Positions 7,711-14,429 of a DNA stretch of 34,175 nt are shown here, piece by piece (position 1 is the stretch's first letter; the number at the start of each line of letters is the position of its first letter). Position numbers and translations under genes: made by a program. The DNA is taken from the IMG/VR virus record IMGVR_UViG_3300025018_000357, positions 1 through 34,175 of that record. One strand, written 5' to 3'. The stretch is from a virus (taxonomy: Duplodnaviria; Caudoviricetes). The notes under the pieces are model-generated. The model made no database searches and was not told where the DNA came from. It was given only the letters and a program-made list of their open reading frames with translations.

Positions 7711-8386
7711 GGCCGCAAGAAATGCGGACCAAAACCAGCGTTGTCAACATATTAATCAGAGATTGACTCTTTTGGGGATTTCCGCGCAGGCTGCATCCCT
7801 CAAGGCCACCGGATCCCGTGATGTGATCCGTGCGATCTTGAACGGAGCGACCAAATCGCCCCGACTCGACACATTGGAGAAAATCGCCCTGGCGCTGGAA
7901 ACAACGCCCGAGTGGCTTATGGGCAAGGATGAGGAACCGACCCCGGCAGATGTCAGATTGCCGGACCGCAGGGAAATGCCGGCAAACCTTCCCGTTATGG
8001 GAACAAGACCCGGCAGCGGCAGCGACGGCTCCTTTGAATTGGAAGGCGGAGTTGTGGATTTTGTAAGAAGACCGCCGGCATTATCCGGCACGAGGGACGT
8101 TTATTCCCTCTATGTTGAAGGCCAGTCAATGGAACCTAAGTTCATGGCTGGCGACTTGATATTTGTGCATCCGCACCGCCCGGCGCGCATCGGTGATTGC
8201 GTTCTGGTCAAGTTCAAGACGGCCGAGGATGGCCCGGAGCGGGCAAGCATCGGCTATTTTGAAGCCACCGGCCCGGATGCGGTTTCAATCGGCAAGCTGA
8301 ACCCGCCGCAAACCGTCAAGATCGAACGCCGGCACATTCACGCGATTGATAAAATCTTGAGCCTCAACGAGCTGTTCGGGATCTAA
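7709..8386 (+). CDS. cI: CI-type repressor (XRE HTH + S24 autopeptidase); start uncertain, possibly 5'-truncated
   Basis: HTH 'GISAQAASLKATGSRDVIRAILNG...PRLDTLEKIALAL', S24 'VEGQSMEP...GDLIFV'. The nearest in-frame ATG upstream of the HTH is 7709, which overlaps the cro ATG. Confidence 0.8.
   Translation: MAARNADQNQRCQHINQRLTLLGISAQAASLKATGSRDVIRAILNGATKSPRLDTLEKIALALETTPEWLMGKDEEPTPADVRLPDRREMPANLPVMGTRPGSGSDGSFELEGGVVDFVRRPPALSGTRDVYSLYVEGQSMEPKFMAGDLIFVHPHRPARIGDCVLVKFKTAEDGPERASIGYFEATGPDAVSIGKLNPPQTVKIERRHIHAIDKILSLNELFGI
7719..7747 (-). promoter_or_regulatory. pR-like promoter for cro (probably leaderless mRNA), with operator-like site at 7724-7739
   Basis: TTGACA (7747-7742), 17 nt, CATTTC (7724-7719), 8 nt before the cro ATG. 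Same TTGAC-N18-CATTT layout as the promoter at 8853. Confidence 0.65.
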
Positions 8387-8703
8387 TCAAGCCCGTCCTG
8401 GGAATAGTTCAAGAGCCGGCCCTCGACAAAAAGCCCCATCAGGAACATCGACCGGCCCGGCATCGGCCAGCGGTAAAGCTGTGACGACGAACCGGCCCAG
8501 CCGCCGGCCGTGACTGCAACCGGCTCGCATTTCAGGATTGCCACCACCTCGGCAAGATCCATTCCCATGTCCAGACGTTCAAAATCAGCCTTGCGGATCT
8601 CGCAAGCCGATGCTGGCGCGGCCGCAGCCCCGGCCATGACAAGCGCCGCCGAAAGCACCCCGCCGATGCGCAAACCGCGCCTTAGTGAACCCGTCATGCG
8701 CAT
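8383..8703 (-). CDS. Exported hypothetical protein (signal peptide, SmpA/BLIP-like beta-alpha fold suspected)
   Basis: Basic N-terminus, hydrophobic core and ASA cleavage site, then 'KADFERLDMGMDLAEVVAILKC'. Confidence 0.55.
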   Translation of the reverse strand: MRMTGSLRRGLRIGGVLSAALVMAGAAAAPASACEIRKADFERLDMGMDLAEVVAILKCEPVAVTAGGWAGSSSQLYRWPMPGRSMFLMGLFVEGRLLNYSQDGLD

Positions 8704-8852
8704 AACATCACCTCGCAAACGGCCAAACATACCGCCAAGTCTGAAAAAACAATTTGGCCGATGGCCGACCAAAAATCCAAATATCCCAAGTCGTTAAGGA
8801 TTCCCGCATGAGGTGCCGGACCGCAAGCGGATTGTAATATTCCGAATTCTGC

Positions 8853-8881
8853 TTGACGCGTATAAAAATACGCTTCATTTT
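8853..8881 (+). promoter_or_regulatory. pL-like early promoter with palindromic operator
   Basis: TTGACG (8853-8858), 17 nt, CATTTT (8876-8881). Perfect 6-4-6 palindrome GCGTAT-AAAA-ATACGC at 8858-8873. Confidence 0.7.
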
Positions 8882-8907
8882 CGCGCTGTCCCCCAAGGCA
8901 ACGACCT

Positions 8908-8942
8908 GGCCGGATCTGTTTTGCGTACCGGCCCTTTTTTTT
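8908..8942 (+). terminator. Intrinsic terminator or attenuator in the pL leader
   Basis: GGCCGG (8908-8913) pairs with CCGGCC (8928-8933), followed by T8 (8935-8942). Confidence 0.55.
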
Positions 8943-8955
8943 CGGAGTTAGCGAC

Positions 8956-9138
8956 ATGCACAAGACCACATTCACCGGCACACACCTGGCGCGCCAGCAA
9001 AACCCGATCCGCATGACCTGGCCGGAACGCATCATGATTGCCAGCCTTGCAGCGGCCATGATCTTCGCGCTTGCCGGCCTTGTCCTCAATGAGTTGAACA
9101 ACGCCGAAATCGCCTATCAGCTTGATCAACGGGTTTGA
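8956..9138 (+). CDS. Small single-TM hypothetical protein
   Basis: GGAG RBS, 60 aa, hydrophobic 'IMIASLAAAMIFALAGLVL'. Confidence 0.65.
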   Translation: MHKTTFTGTHLARQQNPIRMTWPERIMIASLAAAMIFALAGLVLNELNNAEIAYQLDQRV

Positions 9139-9139
9139 C

Positions 9140-9364
9140 ATGAGCAAGCTGCGCGCCGTTTATCAATATGTCCGCGCCTCGGCCTCATGCAGCCCGAGGC
9201 GATACAGTGAAGCGCAAACCGACATGCTGTCCCGCTTGCCCTGCGGAACTTGCGGCAAGCCACCATCACAAGACACGGACGGGAAACCGGCATGCGCCGC
9301 ACCTGACCGCGCAAAATGTCACTACGGATTAAAGACCCGCCACAAGCCGGATCCGGTGAATTAA
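9140..9364 (+). CDS. Small Cys-rich hypothetical protein
   Basis: 74 aa, 'CGTC...C...CH'. Packed 1 bp from both neighbours. Confidence 0.6.
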   Translation: MSKLRAVYQYVRASASCSPRRYSEAQTDMLSRLPCGTCGKPPSQDTDGKPACAAPDRAKCHYGLKTRHKPDPVN

Positions 9365-9365
9365 C

Positions 9366-10007
9366 ATGCAGCACATAAGCGATTTGAGCGCCCCGCCGAT
9401 CCTCGGCCAATTTTACATGGTGCCCACCGTAACCGCCATTTGGTGCGGATCCCTTGGGGAATATCCGGTGATAGGCCCGCTGCACAACGACCGGCAACAC
9501 ATCGGGTTTGATCGCGATCACTGGCACATCGACACCCGCTTTGCCGCAAGCCCGCGTTTGCTCAAGGATGAAACCAATCCGGAATACTGGCGCCGGATCA
9601 TGGCAACGCCAATCATGCGGACTTGGAAATCATCAATGTTTAGCAGGAAAGAACCGCGATCCGTTGCGGCTGTCTATGCCCGACGCTGGAAGTGCAAGCG
9701 CCAAGCGCCAGACCATATTTCACTGTTTGAAGATAGCGCCACTACTGCCAATGAAGGATGGAAAGCCCATTTCGATCATTGGGCTGGTCATCAGTGCAAG
9801 AAAGACGGTAACGGCTGGCGCTGCCCACACCGCAACGTATCGCTTGCAAACCAACCGGTAATAAACGGAATTGTCCGGTGCCCGCTTCATGACCTCATGA
9901 TCGACAACGCCACCGGCCGCGTTCTGTCTCGGCCAGCAATGCGGCCGCAGATCCGCGCGCTTCGTACCTTGAACGAAAATCAGCCAGCCGAGGCGAACGC
10001 AAAATGA
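9366..10007 (+). CDS. Protein with C-terminal Rieske [2Fe-2S] motif
   Basis: CPH-x16-CPLH followed by 'DLMIDNATGRVL'. Confidence 0.75.
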   Translation: MQHISDLSAPPILGQFYMVPTVTAIWCGSLGEYPVIGPLHNDRQHIGFDRDHWHIDTRFAASPRLLKDETNPEYWRRIMATPIMRTWKSSMFSRKEPRSVAAVYARRWKCKRQAPDHISLFEDSATTANEGWKAHFDHWAGHQCKKDGNGWRCPHRNVSLANQPVINGIVRCPLHDLMIDNATGRVLSRPAMRPQIRALRTLNENQPAEANAK

Positions 10008-10237
10008 AACGCGCCCGCACCTTCCTTAAAACTGAAATAGCCGACGCGGCCGAGTTCGCCGCAGCTCACGGCTTGCGGATCACCTTGCATCCGTCCGGTG
10101 AAATCGAAATGGCGCCCGCCGGCGCTGCGTATTCGGCCCGAAACCTTGACAATTCCGCCGGATCCGCAGCCGATAGGGCTTTTGCGGAGTGGCAAGCACA
10201 TGAAGGCAAGGCTAGTGGGCATTCATTCCGTAACTAG
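10004..10237 (+). CDS. Probable excisionase / recombination directionality factor
   Basis: 77 aa, immediately upstream of and overlapping the integrase start. Assignment is mainly positional. Confidence 0.5.
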   Translation: MKRARTFLKTEIADAAEFAAAHGLRITLHPSGEIEMAPAGAAYSARNLDNSAGSAADRAFAEWQAHEGKASGHSFRN

Positions 10238-11213
10238 ACGGCTGGCCGATGGTAGCAAAGTGACCTATCACTATGCATGGCGCAAAGGCCCGCGCATCCT
10301 CTCAAAACCCGGCACCATGGCCTTTCAGCAAGAATTTGCACGGCTGACCATGGGCAGGGAAAAGAATGTGCGGCCCGGCACCATCGGTTCCCTGATTGAC
10401 GACTACATGAAATCAGCCGAGTTTCAGGCCAATGCGCCGGCGACCCGCCATGACGACGAACGCCGTTTTGCAATTTTCCGCGCCAAGTTCGAAACCTTCC
10501 CGGTTGCCGCCATTGAGGCCCGAGGATCGCGCAAGCTGTTTCTGGACTGGCGCGACACCATGCGAGACGCGCCGCGATCTGCAGACATGCAGATTGGTTT
10601 GGCTGCAAAGCTGTTTGCATGGGCAAAGGACAATGAAACCATTTTGCGCAACCCGCTTGAACGCGTGTCCCGGCTGCACTCCGGATCCCGCAAAGATATC
10701 ATCTGGAGCAACACCCAACTGGACACACTGTTGACCAGAGGCGCGCCGCATCTGGCCAATGCCGCCTTGCTGGCACTTTGGACCATGCAGCGCCAGAGCG
10801 ACATTCTGACCATGACGCCAATCGCCTATGACGGCGCCCGGATCATGATCAAGCAACACAAGACCGGCGCGCGCATCCGCATTGCTGCGGCCGAGGCGAT
10901 CAAGCCACTTCTTGACGACGCCAAAGCCGCCGGCCGTCAACGCGTTCTGGTCAACTCTTTCGGCCAGAACTGGACATCAAGCGGCTTTCGCGCGTCCTGG
11001 CGCAAGGAATTGAAGCGGCTCGGAATCGCCGGCGTCACGTTTCACGATCTGCGCGGAACCGCCATCACATTCGCTCACGCCAATGGCGCGACGATTCAGC
11101 AGATTGCCGAGATTTCCGGCCATTCCCCGCAAGAGGCCGAAAGCATCATCCGCCGCCATTACCTGGCCGGCGCCGAGGTGATTGAAGCCATCGGCAAAGC
11201 CCGGCCGCGATAG
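10200..11213 (+). CDS. int: Tyrosine integrase
   Basis: Catalytic set intact: 'TMQRQSD' (R), 'KTG' (K), 'FHDLR', 'SGH', 'RRHY'. Confidence 0.93.
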   Translation: MKARLVGIHSVTRRLADGSKVTYHYAWRKGPRILSKPGTMAFQQEFARLTMGREKNVRPGTIGSLIDDYMKSAEFQANAPATRHDDERRFAIFRAKFETFPVAAIEARGSRKLFLDWRDTMRDAPRSADMQIGLAAKLFAWAKDNETILRNPLERVSRLHSGSRKDIIWSNTQLDTLLTRGAPHLANAALLALWTMQRQSDILTMTPIAYDGARIMIKQHKTGARIRIAAAEAIKPLLDDAKAAGRQRVLVNSFGQNWTSSGFRASWRKELKRLGIAGVTFHDLRGTAITFAHANGATIQQIAEISGHSPQEAESIIRRHYLAGAEVIEAIGKARPR

Positions 11214-11239
11214 ACCACCCAAGCGCAAAGGAAAAGCCA

Positions 11240-11494
11240 ATGCACTCTGAACAATACGATCAGGCAACAAAACTTCTAACCAAGAAATCGGAGCTGATCA
11301 GTGAACAGCGAATCTGGCTCAAAAAGCTAACCGACCCGCGCAAACTGGCATACCGTTACAGCTTCGAAAGCGAATCCAGCATGCTTTTCGAAAATTCCAT
11401 ATCGCCCGGCCTTTTTAAAAATTTCCGCGATAGCCGGCTTGAAGAAATCGCCAGCGAACTTGCGGCAATAGAGCTGGAATTCTCCAAAATCTGA
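11240..11494 (+). CDS. Hypothetical protein
   Basis: AAGGA RBS, 84 aa, AT-richer than the flanks. Confidence 0.65.
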   Translation: MHSEQYDQATKLLTKKSELISEQRIWLKKLTDPRKLAYRYSFESESSMLFENSISPGLFKNFRDSRLEEIASELAAIELEFSKI

Positions 11495-11527
11495 CCGCTG
11501 CAGCTCAAACACGAAAGGACTCGAGTC

Positions 11528-11824
11528 ATGACAACAGTTTTCAAAGGCCGCGCCGTTGGCGGACCAAAGCACGGCGCCCTGATCGAATGCAGACCGCCAT
11601 TCGCCCGGTTCCCCAAACCGGTTGACCAGTCAACAACAGGATCCGGCACCGCCGCCGGCGCGGTATCGCTGCCACAATCAGACGTTTACGAGATTGTATG
11701 CATGAATGACCCGAACGCCGGAAAAATCCAGTATTGGCGCCACGAATCCCTCGACTGCCACGCCGCCGCCTTTCAAGCCTTGCTGGCAGAACAAGCCCCG
11801 ACGCCCGAACCTGCCGAGGCGTGA
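11528..11824 (+). CDS. Hypothetical protein
   Basis: AAGGA RBS, 98 aa, 'VGGPKHG' motif common in small phage proteins. Confidence 0.65.
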   Translation: MTTVFKGRAVGGPKHGALIECRPPFARFPKPVDQSTTGSGTAAGAVSLPQSDVYEIVCMNDPNAGKIQYWRHESLDCHAAAFQALLAEQAPTPEPAEA

Positions 11825-11827
11825 TCC

Positions 11828-12025
11828 ATGGGAAACAAAACAGGCCACAAATCGGTTGTTGCGGCCGGCAGTATCCGGAGAATAAACGCCACAAGAATTG
11901 CCGATACCGCCGCTTCAATGCAGAAATTTGCCGAGGCCACGCGCGCCGTCTCGGCATCGTTTAACCAAATTGGGCGCGCACTCGAAAAAGGAAAAGCCGA
12001 TGCCAAAGAACGAAACCGCCATTGA
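11828..12025 (+). CDS. Hypothetical protein
   Basis: 65 aa filling the operon gap. Confidence 0.5.
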   Translation: MGNKTGHKSVVAAGSIRRINATRIADTAASMQKFAEATRAVSASFNQIGRALEKGKADAKERNRH

Positions 12026-12302
12026 AGCCGAAATCCTGTCAAAAGGCTTGACCGCAAAACGCATCACCCCCGACATGCTGGACGCTGAAATCACCAATGA
12101 GCAATTCCATGTGTTCGCCGGATCCTGCCTCACTGTCTGTTGCATGACACTCAAGAACGGCTTCACAGTGACCGGCGAAAGCGCATGTGCATCACCTGAA
12201 AACTTTGATGCCGAGATTGGCCGCAAGATCGCCCGCAGCAATGCCCGCGACAAAATTTGGCCGCTGCTCGGCTTCCGGCTTCGCGACCAGCTCGCCGCCT
12301 GA
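12000..12302 (+). CDS. Phage gp49/gp66-family protein (candidate Acb4-like nucleotide sponge)
   Basis: 'LTVCCMTLKNGFTVTGESACASPENFDAEIGRKIA...IWPLLGF' is the family signature. AAGGA precedes ATG 12000. Confidence 0.8.
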   Translation: MPKNETAIEAEILSKGLTAKRITPDMLDAEITNEQFHVFAGSCLTVCCMTLKNGFTVTGESACASPENFDAEIGRKIARSNARDKIWPLLGFRLRDQLAA

Positions 12303-12348
12303 CAACCCGGCCGGCCTGGCGCCGGCCACCATCCCCAGGACGAAATAC

Positions 12349-12687
12349 ATGAGCGATGCCAAGCTTGCAGAAGCCGCGAAAGAACGCGCAGGGAAAGACG
12401 TTATCCGTGGTGAACGGCGCGTTGTCCCACTCTCGAACGTCGAGGCTTCATGCCCGTTCTGTGGACGCTACTGGAGGGTCTACAACCGCAACGGATCTGG
12501 CCAGCTCGGATTCATCATTTCGGCTGGCGACAACCATGCGTTCACTTGCTCGCAGGCCACGCCAGAAGAACGCCGGGCAATCGCGCGGCTTGATGAAAAA
12601 CGGTGGGCGCGAAACCCTCCTGCGAACACAATCAGAAACGACGCAAATCACCCCGGCTTCGGTGGTGTTGATTTTCGCAAATCTTAA
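12349..12687 (+). CDS. Hypothetical protein with CxxC...HxxxC motif
   Basis: AGGA RBS, 112 aa, 'CPFC...HAFTC'. Confidence 0.6.
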   Translation: MSDAKLAEAAKERAGKDVIRGERRVVPLSNVEASCPFCGRYWRVYNRNGSGQLGFIISAGDNHAFTCSQATPEERRAIARLDEKRWARNPPANTIRNDANHPGFGGVDFRKS

Positions 12688-12721
12688 GGAACCTTTATTC
12701 TAGGCAAGCACCGCCAACAAC

Positions 12722-12749
12722 AAAAAGCCCGCATCACGCGGGCTTTTTT
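12722..12749. terminator. Bidirectional intrinsic terminator
   Basis: AAAAAGCCCGC-atcac-GCGGGCTTTTTT, located between the converging early and late transcription units. Confidence 0.85.
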
Positions 12750-12776
12750 GCGTCTGCAGATCCCGGCCGTGCGGAA

Positions 12777-13029
12777 CATTTTAACACCAAAGTGTAAAAC
12801 GCGGCCCAAAGTGTAAAACGGACCAAAAAAAAGGCCCTTCCGGACCTCTTTAAGTGATTGTAATCACTGGATAATTTGGTGGGCGCGCACGGGCTCGAAC
12901 CGTGGACCCGCTGATTAAGAGGCACCGCGCATATCGAGCAATATCAATAGGTTAGCGCCAATCATGGTGTAAAACGGCACCCAAAAACACCCAATAAAAT
13001 CAATTACCGCCTATGCAAACTGTAAAATG
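12777..13029. other. attP region with integrase arm-type repeats and IHF site
   Basis: CCAAAGTGTAAAACG at 12787 and 12806, GTGTAAAACG at 12967, AAACTGTAAAATG at 13017, an inverted variant at 12777. IHF consensus TATCAATAGGTTA at 12942-12954. Confidence 0.8.
12877..12921 (-). other. attP core: 3' half of tRNA-Lys(CTT), not a complete tRNA
   Basis: Minus strand reads CTCTTAATCAGCGGGTCCACGGTTCGAGCCCGTGCGCGCCCACCA (anticodon loop, T-arm, acceptor strand, CCA). The 5' half is absent. Confidence 0.92.
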
Positions 13030-13159
13030 AAATCGCGGCCGGATCCCTCGGCATGTGGCGGCATGCCGAGGCCACAAGATCCAGTTTGGCAACCTCGTTT
13101 GTTTGCGGGTTTGTCACGGAAACCGCCGGACCGGCTTTCCGGCTTGATGCGCGGAAACT

Positions 13160-13447
13160 CTACGGCCGCTCGGCCATCTTTTTGGCGATTTCGTGCAACG
13201 TGTGCTGAATGTCGCTTTGCCGCTTGTCTGCGATCACATCAACCGATTGCCGCAGCCCGGCTATTGATACCGCAATGGATTCCAGCGCAACCGCCATGCG
13301 CTCGGATTGATCCCGGCTGGCAACCGGTGGAAGCGCCGGCCCCATCACTTCCGGTTTGCCTTTTGCCTGCAGATATTTGCCCAGCGCCGCCAATCCCAGC
13401 ATTGCGCCGGCAAGCGTTGAAACCAGAAATTCAGGTGTCCATTCCAT
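13160..13447 (-). CDS. Membrane-anchored lysis-module protein (holin/antiholin candidate)
   Basis: N-terminal TM plus coiled C-terminus. Last gene of the late operon. Confidence 0.55.
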   Translation of the reverse strand: MEWTPEFLVSTLAGAMLGLAALGKYLQAKGKPEVMGPALPPVASRDQSERMAVALESIAVSIAGLRQSVDVIADKRQSDIQHTLHEIAKKMAERP

Positions 13448-13958
13448 TGATCCGCCGCCCCGCGTTTTTCTTGTCATTCCGCGCAGCCTCGGCCGCGACC
13501 CTTAAAACCGTTTCACTGTCAAACCAGAGCGCAACCGGATAGACAGCCAGACCCGTTGAAAACGCGCCAGACTGATAAAAGCCGATTGAGATATAATACC
13601 AGAACAGACAGGCAATGAAGGCTGTCAGCGCGCGCAAGTGTGGTGTCCGGCGGTATGCGCCGTTGATCAGCAACGCGGCGATCCTTGCCGCCCCCGCGCC
13701 AAGGCAAAGCGCAGCCCAAACCGGTTGCGGCATGAGATCCGCCAAAGGTCCATAACTTCCGCCGGCCTCGAACAGATCCGGATTAAGCTGCAGGATGCAG
13801 CCCCACAACAAAAGCACGATGCCTAGAAACCATTCAATCCGCCGGTCTGGATAGTTAAGCCGGATCAGATGATAGATCCGGACTAACTGATTTTTGAACC
13901 GACGCGCCTTGTCGGCCGCGCGCGCCATGATCTGCCCGCCTCGATCGCCCAGCCTCAT
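13431..13958 (-). CDS. Multi-TM membrane protein, holin candidate
   Basis: About 4 hydrophobic segments, ATGA overlap with the o-spanin stop. Confidence 0.55.
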   Translation of the reverse strand: MRLGDRGGQIMARAADKARRFKNQLVRIYHLIRLNYPDRRIEWFLGIVLLLWGCILQLNPDLFEAGGSYGPLADLMPQPVWAALCLGAGAARIAALLINGAYRRTPHLRALTAFIACLFWYYISIGFYQSGAFSTGLAVYPVALWFDSETVLRVAAEAARNDKKNAGRRINGMDT

Positions 13959-14221
13959 GACGCCACCCCCTCGATCGCCTGGCCATGTTGCCGGCATTGC
14001 GCCGGCGTCAGGATCCCGGCACCGCATTGGCGCGCGATCTGCCGGTTGATACTGGCCTGATCCGCCGGCGTGGCGCCCTTGACGCCAACCAGATCCGCAC
14101 CGACAACCTGCCGGATAGCGCGTTGCACATCACTTTTCGGCGCATTTGCCGGTTGCGTAGTCGTACACCCCGCCAAGCCGGCCGCACACATCAAAAGCAA
14201 ATTCAAACTTGTCCGCGCCAT
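13955..14221 (-). CDS. o-spanin (Rz1-like lipoprotein)
   Basis: Lipobox 'LAGC'. Overlaps the 3' end of the upstream i-spanin in another frame. Confidence 0.7.
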   Translation of the reverse strand: MARTSLNLLLMCAAGLAGCTTTQPANAPKSDVQRAIRQVVGADLVGVKGATPADQASINRQIARQCGAGILTPAQCRQHGQAIEGVAS

Positions 14222-14429
14222 CCGTCATTTCTCCCATGGTGTTGTTGAAAGCCGCCAAGGCCGACGCCTCGGCCAGCCTGGTTGCATCCTTGCGCGCCGC
14301 CGGCACCGTTACCGCCGCGACCCACACAACGACAGCCGCCGCGCCAATCATTGCGCCGGCGATGCCGGCCGCAGCCAGCTTGACCGCACCGACAGCCGAA
14401 AACAGATCCGAGATCTTCACCGCCGCCAC
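14130..14429 (-). CDS. i-spanin (Rz-like)
   Basis: N-terminal TM, helical periplasmic part, C-terminal Cys pair. Directly follows the endolysin. Confidence 0.65.
   Translation of the reverse strand: MAAVKISDLFSAVGAVKLAAAGIAGAMIGAAAVVVWVAAVTVPAARKDATRLAEASALAAFNNTMGEMTDGADKFEFAFDVCGRLGGVYDYATGKCAEK

Noticed and set aside
12734-12925. 63-aa ORF across attP
   Set aside because: A translation of the tRNA fragment and arm sites, with no RBS or coding signal.
12877-12960. Complete tRNA-Lys gene
   Set aside because: Only the anticodon loop to CCA is present. The upstream sequence has no D-arm or 5' acceptor strand, so it is an att core.
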